DNA of 61,986 nt, the filler included, from Choristocarpus tenellus KU-1152 (taxonomy: Eukaryota > Protista > Phaeophyceae): assembly GCA_964200185.2 (NCBI GenBank). It is 10 parts of 10 records of this genome, joined end to end, with 100 filler letters (N's around TTAATTAATTAA, not from the genome) between each part and the next. Parts side by side here need not be neighbours in the genome. Positions count along the whole stretch, not along the records: positions 47,266 to 52,147 come from CAXNAD020012679.1; positions 52,248 to 61,986 come from CAXNAD020003440.1; 8 more parts are not named here. The stretch is one strand, 5' to 3'. Shown here piece after piece: positions 50,901 through 61,986 of the stretch (the stretch's first letter is position 1; every line of letters starts with the position of its first letter). A program made the position numbers and the translations under genes. The notes under the pieces were generated by a model. It was not told the origin of the DNA. It was given only the letters and a program-made list of their open reading frames with translations, and made no database searches.

Positions 50901-51507
50901 TCAAACATATCGTTGGCACTAGAGACTCATACTTGACATAAATTTCCTTCTCCTTGCCTGATTCATCCTTGTTTCATGTGTTGCCCTGAGCTTTAAACCA
51001 AGATTGATAATGTCTAACACCTCTTCCAGTGTGGTCACCGGAATCAGGGACAAATCCTGATAGATGGTTGATGAACAGGCAAGCGAGGCAAGGAGCTCTC
51101 TTGTGCCGTTTCCATAGAAGATACATCAGTTCCTGGCTACACAAGGCATGAAACGAGTCAAAACTGACTTGATTTCTACTATAGACACCGATGCATGTAT
51201 GAGTTGACGGTATGAGTTGACGGTTGGGTGGGATTTGAAACTGATTTTGTGTCTAGGAGTGCAATGCCGTTCAAGCAAGCGCATTTGGACTTTGTGTGTG
51301 CAAGAAGTACGAGGGGAGGCAACGCTGGTGGGATGTTACATATTTTATTTTTTTCCTCTTAGCTCTTGCCTTGACAAAGACGTTTCCCTGCACATCCTCA
51401 TGTATCTTGAGGTCTATTGACGGGTAAGTTTCCCACACATTTCCAGCCACGACTCCGTGGGGATGATTGTAGCTCAAGCTCCCACGTTTGCGGGGTTGAA
51501 AGCTAAC
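47982..51507 (-). CDS. Kinesin motor-domain gene, partial; exons 51370-51507, 50958-51056, 49723-49798, 49194-49309, 47982-48289
   Basis: Spliced peptide contains [32 protein letters not shown] (switch I), [11 protein letters not shown] (switch II), [31 protein letters not shown] and STLQFANR. P-loop exons not found in this contig. Confidence 0.95.
48718..48974 (+). mobile_element. MITE family A copy (kinesin intron)
   Basis: GAGTCAAAGTATCTTAGAGGGTA...TACCCTCTAAGATACTTTCACTC. Confidence 0.95.
49957..50214 (+). mobile_element. MITE family A copy (kinesin intron), TSD TCCT
   Basis: Both TIRs, with TCCT at 49953-56 and 50215-18. Confidence 0.94.
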
Positions 51508-52591
51508 CTGTCTTGCCTAATTTTTCACGTTTATTTGTTGAGGAGTATGTATCACAATGAACTTGAAGGTGGTGTTTTATGTATTCTCTGTACAGGGATA
51601 TCAGTGTGAGGTTGTGCTGAAAGGGAAAACATTGCTTATTTTTCTTGTTTTATTGGGGGGAAATGGTGCACCACCTTTCTTACCCTTGAGAAAAGGAAAG
51701 AGCCCAGGAAGGAGGTGTGCCTAGCAAGTGATTGAAAGAGTTGGGCGATGGGAAAATTAGAGGATTCATTGGGAGGGGATCTCCGCCAGTCCTTTAGCTT
51801 GACCCTGCTGCACAAGAGTGGAGAAGTTCCATGGAGTTCATATCATGAGGAGGCTATACAAATCCTTTTCCAAGAGTTACCACAATTCTATCAAGTCTCA
51901 CAGGTTGATTTGACAAGTGAGTCAAAGTAGATGAGAGGTACCCAGGCTTTGGCCGTTCTGCCTTTTAAGCCAGCTTTCCAATATTTTGCAATTCAACTGG
52001 TTTTCTATGAATGATGCGCAAAGTTTTGACTCTAGAGGGTTCATTTCTCTGTTGCTTGAAACATTTCAACATAATTCAGGCTCAAAATATCTGGAGGGGG
52101 GTGGCGGCTGTCCATTTGGGGTCAATTTTTTCATGTCGCGATTTTTGNNNNNNNNNNNNNNNNNNNNNNNNNNNNNNNNNNNNNNNNNNNNTTAATTAAT
52201 TAANNNNNNNNNNNNNNNNNNNNNNNNNNNNNNNNNNNNNNNNNNNNAATATATATCCTCTTTTCCTCGTTTGGGGCCAAATGGACAACCTGGTGTAGAC
52301 CTCCCCCCCCTCCCAGATACTTTGGGACATCTTGAATCGAGGAAAAAAAAAAATCTACAACAACAATGAAGACCAAGTGCGGCCAATTATATCACTTGCC
52401 ATACTGTTTGTAGAGGTCGCTACCTTTTCTGATCTCGAGTTTAATCTTCCAACCATACCCAGATCCAGCACTGAATACGACTGTGTTTTTTGGAGTCAAC
52501 CCCACCAACAGTTACCAATATGGCAGAGAGTATTTATATATCGCACAGTGTAAATGAAGTGATGTGACTCTTTGATTATTTTATCAGTGTT

Positions 52592-52957
52592 TCACTGGTC
52601 AGGGGACATGTGAAGATCTATCTCTGTATGCAAAAAATATATTCTACAGAGTATTTGAAAGAAAGGGGGGGGGACATCGCAAGAATCTGTCTTCTCACCT
52701 GTGATGTAGTGTTCCTGGCTCATGAAACGATATAATACAGGATCGTTCATATACCTACAGCAGCCATATGAGTGCACGTAGTTCACATAGAAGGGGCAGG
52801 GTTTATTATTGCCCATGGGGTGATAAGTGATAGAATGGCTACGAATTTTGAGTATATTTGGAAAGATAGACGAAATATAATGAGAGCTTTGGGTAGAGAG
52901 ATGAAAATGTGGAGCAAAAGGAATTATTGTCTTGGGAGATTGGTTCAGCAAGGCCAT
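52592..52957 (-). mobile_element. Penelope-like RT remnant
   Basis: HPMGNNKPCPFYVNY (cf. G.PMGSP.SP..AN), CRYMNDPV (cf. RYVDD) and IYFLHTEI (cf. LPFLDV.I) in the correct order in one frame. Confidence 0.5.
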
Positions 52958-55900
52958 CTCTGAGAACTTGGGCCATATGGATCATAAAGAAAATAGAATA
53001 GCACTCTAGTTTAAGGGGGCAAGTTGTGTTGGTCAGCAGTTTGGAATTGTTGCGGGTAATGATATACCGCGGAATAGGTCAATATAACTGTTGGAATGAT
53101 GGCGAGTGATCCAACGCGAAAGACCTACGCTCCCAAGATCAAGAGATATAATATTTTTGTAGCTATAGGTATATGTAGTTGTAATCGAGATTCAAAGCAT
53201 GGGCTGGATCCACAATATCTAGACATGCTTACAGAGTTAGTATAGCTTGTAATTACATCGTCATCCTCCTAATCGAGTCATGTTCCGGTGTATATATATA
53301 CAGAAAATTCCAGTTCGAGTGTATACTATATATTTTACATTTAATAGTACGTTACATCAAGCTTGGTGACAGCAGAGTTGGGGCATATTTCTAAGAGCGG
53401 GACATATTCTTGTCGCTGAAGGTTAGAAGCACATAATCTGTTGAGAGGATCGTAAGTAACTCAATTTTTGTCGTGGGGTGAGAAGCGAAATCATACAAAA
53501 AATACTGACGTCATATAATATTAACTTTTAGATGATTGGGTGCTTTTTTTGTCCCTTGATATCACCACACCATGCACAAACCACAAGAGTGTGCTGTTCC
53601 CATAATCTCGTGCAAGACCTGAGGTTCACCTTCTCACTGAACCAAATGTGCCGTTAGCTTGTCCTGTTCCTGGGCTTTGGCACAACACCATTCCCAACCT
53701 CAATAAATCTTTGACGTGCTTTGCAGACCTCGACTCACCAATTCTACCTAACCTAATACCCATTACCTCTAACTAAACTAAAGTTACAACTTTTTCACGA
53801 TTGCTATATATGCAGTATGTCGGATCTTGCATCAATTGAGTAGCAAATGGACATCACTATAGTGTGGAGTGAGGCGGGAGCAATAGGACATTGTTGGCAA
53901 CCTAGAACTTGGGGTAGCTGTGGGAGGGCCCAGTCAGGTGAAAATGATCACGCACCTGTTTTGGGATGCCGGTGTCTTGGCACGCAGGCAGTTCCAACGA
54001 CCCTCTCCCGCCCCTGTAAGCATGAGCTGGAAAAGGTGACTATTTGTTGCGACATCTCTGGTCCTGTGAAATGGGGATAGCACAGCACCCATTGACTCAT
54101 TTACCCACTTGTAGAAATCAGCAACGCCACAAGGAAGGTAAATAAAAGTATGTATTTTAAATTTACATCTTAGTAGATCTTCAACCCAAGCTCCAACTTT
54201 ACAGCAGCTTGATTCCCTCATGCTGACCCTAGCCCAAAAATCGTTCGCCAGCCCTAGTCCTAGATTTTGGACTTGTGCTCGAACCACTCGATAGTGCTTG
54301 ATGTGGTATATCAAGAGTACAATAGAACCTGCCACCTGACATAGAGTTTTGGGTCGACTGAAATAGCGTAGGGGCCTTCAATTGGCCAGACTATGCCCTT
54401 CATGTACCGTTTGTTATTGTGTCGTTTAAGTAGATAGTACTTAACATAGAAAAAGAAGAGATGCTGATAGCTTGATATATTCTGGTGGACTTCTATTGAC
54501 TTTTAGTCCAACCAAACAGAGGTTTGACTTCAAGATCGAAACACAGCGCTTACCTTCATTTATTCCAAGTGCCAATACATCTCGATAACCTATTCAGTTA
54601 ATGCTTTCAGTATGCTAGGATCGATTTCTTTTCATTGAACAAGTGCTACTAATACGGATATCACTCGAGTATAACTTTAGAGCGTCAAATATTGAGCGAT
54701 GGAATGACGCAAAATTTATCAAGTTCTACAAAAAAAGCGTGTTTGATGCATTAAGGGTAATGAAATACGATAGATGGGTAATGTCCATGATACATATGAG
54801 CGATGTTCACCACATTGTAATAGCCCTACACTTCGAAGAACACCATCCTACGTCAAAAATCTACGTTCACCCTACAGCCTTCACTACTCCCTGTACGATG
54901 ACACCACTCCTCTGCCGCTTTCATACTTTGTCCAGATTGGCAGAACGTTTCTAGTGGAGCACTAAAGACCCTCCAGGTATTTCTTACGGCAACTTGGGCA
55001 TGGAACTGATTTCGGGATGGAACGTTGCTGATAATGTTTTTATCACTACTTGCGTAGGATTTACTTTCAAGCAGGTTTATTTAGGTGCATCTCACTCTGT
55101 TGCCTTCGGCACGACTTCCTTCTCTGGTCGGTGACTACCTTGCCCAAGAAGTGTAAAGGATGAGAGGAACTTGGCCAACTGATGTGGGGATTAGTGCTTG
55201 GTCGGTGCAAGTGTCGCACCAACACCACCAACAAAGGTATGTCAGTCTCTCATAGCGACAGGTGAACCCCTAACTTATTTTACACTGTTGAAGGCATATT
55301 CCTGTGTAAAACCTTCTCGTATGGGCTATGATGCACGCCTACCTGCAAATTGATTGTGCACCAAGCTCCCTCTGCTTCACAATGAGATCCCTAGGTGTGT
55401 CATCCATATAGGCAAAGCCAGAGAGGATTAGGTGTTGAGCCATCATCTGGCACATGACAAACCCATCCGAAGTGTGTGAAACCTAGCAGGGGGAAGGTAT
55501 ATGGAGAGGTCTAATTTGTTATATTGCTGAAAGATGAGCATTGTGCGTGAGCGATATGTGGACAGGTAAATGGATCAAATCTCGATCAACACTCTTGCAT
55601 GGAATTGGACGTCAATATTGTATCAATGTCACTATCCTGGGGTTAGAAATGGTCATTATATGGTAAGAGGCTCCATGCAGCATAGCTCACAGATTGTGGT
55701 GCGTTTTATACTACTCTAGAACATCTAATGCTGCACATATCTACTTCCTGGTTGATGAGTAGTCTTGATATATTGTTCCACACACACAGGGTGGGTGTGA
55801 AAGGAAGAAGTAGCACGATTATAGATGTTACTGCTGTGTAAGTCCCTGTGCTAGGATCACCTGATCGGGGAAGATTCCTAGAGAGCACAGATCTTGTACG

Positions 55901-58399
55901 ATAGCACCCTCATACTCTGCCTGCGCAAATACTCAACACGAATATGCAGAAAAGGGGTGAAATATTTCACAGAGGGTATCGATTGGCTGTTTATGTAATG
56001 TGATGGCATGCTGCTCTGCAGGTCACAAATCATGGTGCACAAACCTGAACACCCAATAGTGGAAGAGGCAACAAGTACTGATCTACCTGCTAGGGTTTTG
56101 TTCCTGGTCTTATGATGTCTACAATGAGTGCTGCTTAGTATAATCTAATAGTTCTTTCCGACTAAAGGTGTGGGTTTGGGGAGGGTTAGGTGAAGGTCAG
56201 GGTTAAGCTTTGTGGTAGGATTTGGCATTGGGATATGATATCAGTATGTCGAATGGGTTAATCTGAAAGCCTCTTGTCATCCTTAATTTCTCGTAAAAAT
56301 TGACCTTGCCAGTAGCAGACCCCCACCAGGCGTTGTGGTTACTCTGCAGTACTGTGTGGCATGGGAATACGAGAGGAGCTCTACCATATAAATTGGTGTA
56401 TTTCTTCCAAAGGGAATGCTGCTACAATGTACTACTTCGAAGTAGTATTACCAACCAAGAATGTAGGAGAAAGGTCATAGCATATATTTTCCCACCTTGC
56501 TCCTAGCAGGGTTGCAGTCATCGATTCGTAGTATCAGGCGTCCACCATACTTCCTGCCACGATCATGAAGTAATTTTGAGGGGAGGTCGGAGTTACATTA
56601 TACAAGAGGAGGTCAAGTGCTTTTCTCTTAATGATACTTGGACGCTACTTTATCTAACACTCCAGCACAATCATAGTACAGTTTTGATTGTTTCAAAGCA
56701 TTGCTGGGACAACTTAGTACATAAAATGTGGGGTCTACCATTGTGAAGGATTTGTACAGTTTACGTGAAGTGTGAGATAGCGAGACGTGGACTAAGGAAC
56801 CTGAGTAGACATCCTTTAAAAAAACTTTGTATTTTTATGGCACATACTTTGTTGTACGACAGTAAATATGCGCATCGAGGCTATACCAGGTTGTATGTTG
56901 TATCCTAAAGAAAGACGTAGTGCAGAGGAGGCAAATGCCTACATTATCTATACTCAGTATAAATGTCACTTGCCCTTTATGCTTCTGTATTTCATAAAAA
57001 AATGTTCCAGCAGATCGGGTTTGGGGAAAGGGATAGTGGGAACATCAATGTGCTCCAATTAAGACTCAAAAGAGCAGAGGCAGGGCACAGCACTTCATCA
57101 GAAAGAAAAATGAAAAGAAAAGTTGACATACAACATGCAAACATATATTTTTCCAAGCAATGTATTGAAGATTAGGTGTACTAGGTTAGATGGCTCAGTA
57201 CCTTAGCAAGCACCTGTTGTCAACAAAATTTCCGTCCTTTCTTTGAGATAGTAAAGTACATGAGATACGGGTTGCCAAAAACGTACTCCTAGTCCCTACT
57301 TACCTAACAAGTGTTCCTCACCTTTTATCGTTATTTTCTTTTTCATTTTTTAAAATCGTGAATCTCCTCTTTCAACACACAAACCTGCACATATTTATGG
57401 TTTGGTAGACACTGACCTTGCATAGTAGGCATTGTTGACCAAGGCCTTGGCATGGACAACGTCCATACACCCAGTGGGCTCAATGGCCATTCGTAAAACT
57501 ACCGTTGATTCGCCTGCATTACTGTGGATCGCCCAATACAAGCAAGATCGTGTTGTATTGAGAGTTGAGGACTTGTTTTGGATGATATGAAGAGTGCAAC
57601 TTCTCGTATATATGGCCTTGAGTGCCATACCTCGTTCTTCACCTATTTAACTAAATGGTTGAGAGATGGACAAACTTACACTCTTGTCCTGTCCTCGTTC
57701 CCTCATCCCTACCCCCTCGTCCTTCACAATTAGCAATTGGTATGATCCTATGACTTACATAAGGGCAGGGTAGTGTCCTTTTGCTCTTTGAGTTGCTGTT
57801 GCCTGGCCAAGCCCATAATCATTTTGCCTCGTCATTCCAGGGCCACAGGGGGTGTTGTGTTTCACCCTGATGTGGTCCCTGGTTGGTGTGTGCATTGTCC
57901 TTTGCAGATACAGAAGGTGAGCTAGATCAGTGGGTTAGTTGTTGGGTCAGACTTTGGAACCAATTATGCTTCGAATTAAGTTAAGGCAAGAGATGTAGAG
58001 GTAGGGAATTGAGACGAATTGAGAAGGGAGAGATGTGTGGGATCTGATGTGAAGAATCTGGTTTCACATGGTTTGAAGCAACACATGCATAATCAGTTAG
58101 GAAGATATATTGCCGAAGGTGGGTTCCTGCACTCAAACGTGCCACACAAACAAAATCTACTCCACTGCATAGACGACCCGATACTAGCAAGCAAGAAAAT
58201 AAGGTTATCTGTGTGTTGCTTTCACCATCTACCGTCCAGTTTAATCAACAGCGCCTTTCGCTCTTGCCTCGTAGCACAATAACCACAGATTAAAAAGTAC
58301 TTCGAAATTCCAACCTATTCTTCTCTGGAGGACACGTCCAGGTGGTGGCTAATACAAAGGTTGGAATCTTGGGGTGAAGCTGCTCAAATTGTTGCTCTC

Positions 58400-59520
58400 C
58401 CTCACTCCCTTTGCCTAAGGAACAACAATCAGATCCGACCTCGCTTCTTCACCTTGAGCAAACGAGCGCACGAGTATTTCGAGCGATTTGTAGGGAATTT
58501 TAGCAGTGAGGGAACTCATTGGAAGAAGCACGCCAGTAGAGAGGAGACCAGTATTAGTGGAGTGTGTAGGTCTGGTATCGAGGATGGACTTGGAAGGTGG
58601 CGAGTTGAACTGGGTGCTTCAATCAACAACAATTGTTGTTGGTCGAAGGTGCGATCTTTCGGTGTGCATGTATTACCGTTTTGATCCTCGACAGAGCAGG
58701 TATATGTGAATTTTGTCTCCACGGCGTAAATAGGAGTCGCTTGTAGTGAACTTGTACATGGTGTCATAGGAAGATGAGTCTCTACAGTTGTGTGAAGGTG
58801 CAGAACGTAGATGTAGCGAAGTATTCGCTGAATTTATCGCAATTCGATTATCGTTCATTCACGCGCGTCACTCAGACGCCAGATCATCGTACGACACCAT
58901 ACCGAATTCTCTATGTAGCTCCACGACGTACGAGCCGGCAAGTTCCCGCAGTTTGCAAGTTGACCTTGAACACACCGAAGATGGTCGTATCTGGTGCGGG
59001 TTGGGGACCAAGTGTTGAGATGTGAGTCTCTCTCAACTTGTAAATAGCTTCCTGGACTTCCTCTATTCCCCAGTTCTAGAGATAACTGAGCCGTTTCAGA
59101 GTTCCAAGTGTAGATCCTACAACACCTTGGTACTGATCGCGTCGCAAGGTGTGCGTGAGGAAACTTTCTCTGGACTAAACCAATTTGGTCAACAATGCCA
59201 ACACAGAACCCCTCCAAAAAACCTTGCTGACATCCACCTTTGTAATGATCAAGGTACTGGATGGTTACATACTTCGTAGTAGATAGAGGTTTAGAACGTA
59301 GACCAATGACGTAAATATATGGTCCGATTCTCTTGCAGACCTGAATCCGTATAACGCGCATATGACTATTTCCTTTGGACTTTTGATTATACATACCGTA
59401 TACTTCATGATGTTGTGTAACCTATTTGACTGTGGTGGGGGCCTTGCTTCTTCCCCCATGATATCGACCACCCTGTCATGAAACATAACGAAGCTTATCT
59501 TGACTGGACTAAGAACCAAA
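58400..59520 (-). mobile_element. Degenerate LINE reverse transcriptase
   Basis: ALYGFRSARESDHIFTSL (cf. QxGFR..RST.D.IF), IITKVDVSKV (cf. D..KAFD) in the same frame after one stop, and SYDDL at ~58880-58894 (cf. YADD). Confidence 0.6.
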
Positions 59521-60066
59521 ATTGATTAGAAGGTGGGGTTATATTATGATCAAAACATTGAAACGGCTGGTAAGAGTCAAGATCAGAAGATCCCAATGAA
59601 ACATCATAAGAAATATCTAATGCACAATTCAAAACTGCCAACTTTGTAACACATACTAATATTTGTGATGTTGACAAAGTAAATAAGAGGCCTGAAATTG
59701 AAAAAAACGGAGAGCTCTGATATTTTGAGTTTAAATATGTATCATAGTACAGTATTAAATATAGTAAGTCTACTAAAATAGAAGATACAATTGAACGAAG
59801 GTGGAACCTCTGATACTACAATAATAGTTGTATAGACATCCCCCATTGAGTAATTGGTTTTAGAGGATGGTGACCTGCATAATTAACGGGTTCAAGCCTC
59901 ATGACGACCAGACTTATTTTCACATAAATCTGGATTCGAATATGGTACTCCATGTGGGAAGCAAAACGGATCGTGCATCCTGTACTATCCTGCCGGTGCT
60001 ATACCACAAAGACGCCAGACCAAGATCAAGGCGGGAAAACTTGAGGACAGGGATCCACCAGAAGGG

Positions 60067-60370
60067 GGTCCAGCAGAAGATCGAAGGGAGGAGACGGAGC
60101 GATGACCATTGGGAGTGCTTAACTCAACGTGGGAGAAGCAAGGTAGGGATGGAGGCGGTACAATGAGTAGTCGTGCAACATCAGTTGGTAGTTAGTGTTG
60201 AGGAATGGTGCAGTGCGGGTCCAGCAGAAGATTCGAGCGAGGAGACGAACCAACGACCAGTGGGAGTGCTGAACTCGACGTGGGAGAAGCACGACAGGAA
60301 CGGAGGCAGGAGGACAATGACTTGTTGCAGAGTATCAGTCAGCAGTTAGTATGAAGAGTGATACAATGCG
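60067..60370. repeat. Diverged tandem duplication, two ~152-bp units
   Basis: GGTCCAGCAGAAGAT..GAGGAGACG..GACCA.TGGGAGTGCT.AACTC.ACGTGGGAGAAGCA at 60067 and 60218. Confidence 0.9.
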
Positions 60371-60930
60371 TAGTGGCTCTGATGATGGGTCAGGGTGCTT
60401 GCCACATGGAGGAGGAGATCATGAAGTAGCATAATCAAAAACAGATTATCGTGATAAGAAGTCTGGCGTCGAAGGGGCTCAACCCAAGCTAAATAAAAGT
60501 CATCGCCGCAACCAGTGAGATTCGATAATATACATTTTAATAATTAGAAGTACAACATACTCAAATATTACTAGGGGTAGGTAACACCTCGTAGTATTCT
60601 AATATACGCTCAACCATCTTCCTCCTTTCACCCAATGGAATGCAAGGAAGGGTTTGAACCTGGTTGAGGTAAGATTTTCTTCTCCAAGGACATCACGTTC
60701 TGGGTTTTGATGGATTGCATCCCAAGCACAACGCAAATGGACACTTGTACATTCTCTGTTGCTAAACCACGAATAGCGAACATGGAAAGCCTGGAATGTG
60801 GTGGCAAGACTACACTTACAATTCATTTCTACCACGTAGTATTAAGAAATATGCCTATATGAAGACTGGGTGTGACAGTATCGAGGTGACTGTGTGGAAA
60901 TTGATGCTCCTGTTCGTAGGGTCAGCGTTA

Positions 60931-61188
60931 GAGCTGAAGTATCTTAGAGGGTAGAGCCGTGTCCATTTGGGGGCCAAAGTTCAAAATTGTAATTTTGATG
61001 TTATCTTGGCTATTGTATGTGTTAGGAAGTGTCAATATCGATGTTCTGGACACGCCTTTTAATATCATGTACATTTTACCTACTCTGAAACAATTTGGAG
61101 AAGGAAAATGTTATAAAAAGTCCATGGGAAGCCAAGCCCCAAATGGACAAACAGGGCAAAACTCGTACCCTCTAAGATACTTTCACTC
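60931..61188 (+). mobile_element. MITE family A copy
   Basis: Both TIRs and the family core. Confidence 0.93.
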
Positions 61189-61986
61189 TTACAAAACGCT
61201 CGGCAAGGTTACCATGATGGGAAATGTGGCTCCTATCCATAAGAATGCATGTGAATCATGAAGCTTGTACAAGGCTCCATGATGCACAAGTCGTCAAGTA
61301 TGCTGGATCTCTCGCTTTGATTATCCACTTCAGAATTATCATCACGATCTAAAATAAACTGGCATCGGCGTATAGTCTCAATGACCATCATAATGGCAAA
61401 AAATAGAATATAAATAGTCAAGAAGTACAAATACAGTAGGTTACCCAATTTTGTTCACCCATGGGCATGCCCGAAAAAGCGGAACAAAATTGATGTGGTA
61501 CAAATCCGTATTTTGTACCACTTGGTACAAACCCGGGAAATCAATCATGGAATCGACTAATTAATCGTGGTGAGCTGGGAAATGAATAACAAGCTTCATG
61601 GATAGGATGGAAACGATTACGAGCACTTTTTTTTAATGATGTTTATGTGTTAATGCGCATTTCCCGCCTCGACATAAGGAAAGAGAATACTGCATGTACC
61701 TTCTACTTCAGAGTCTCTTCAGTCTTTCTAAAACATATTGTTGTTCTCCTGGCGTAATCTTACTGTGACGCAAACCCAAGACGAAATAATATGCCAAGTA
61801 TGTCAAAAGAAAAGACGATGTCACTCTAGACTGTTTTTTTCCTCGATTCGGCCTCAATCCATTCCATTTTTGCCTTCTGCAGCAGAAAGGACGCTTGGTC
61901 CATGCATCCCTGCGCAGCTTGCGCTTCCAACTTGCTAAACAACTCCGCTACATGCTCGTACGGCACTACTCGTTTAGGTTCTTGAG

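Overview
This is eukaryotic nuclear DNA, not a continuous locus. Ten short contigs are joined by nine artificial 100-bp spacers (44 N + TTAATTAATTAA + 44 N), so adjacency across spacers is meaningless. A signal peptide + ASAFMAP plastid-targeting motif, intron-rich genes and TTAGGG arrays point to a photosynthetic stramenopile (ochrophyte, brown-alga-like); this is an inference. Host genes I could splice by hand: a complete 4-exon plastid-targeted protein (-), a divergently transcribed KLHDC10-like kelch protein (+), five exons of a kinesin motor with two GC-AG introns (-), the last exon of a TKL-type kinase (+), fragments of two coiled-coil/helical genes, and tRNA-Ala(AGC). Most of the rest is transposon debris: three degenerate plant-type (DD39D-like) mariner copies, a pogo-like C-terminus, LINE, Penelope-like and RLE retroelement remnants, and a ~297-bp tandem array. 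There is also a radiation of non-autonomous DNA elements with GAG..CTC-type termini and 4-bp TSDs (12 copies of one ~255-bp MITE), whose sister termini break about half of the contig ends. The most unusual object is a spliced, decayed gene at 42.5-46.7 kb (-). It has a ParB/Srx-like CLNGQHR motif reminiscent of fungal Starship-associated DUF3723 proteins, and its long exon is broken only by TAG/TAA stops. All family assignments come from motif recognition by eye; no database search was run.
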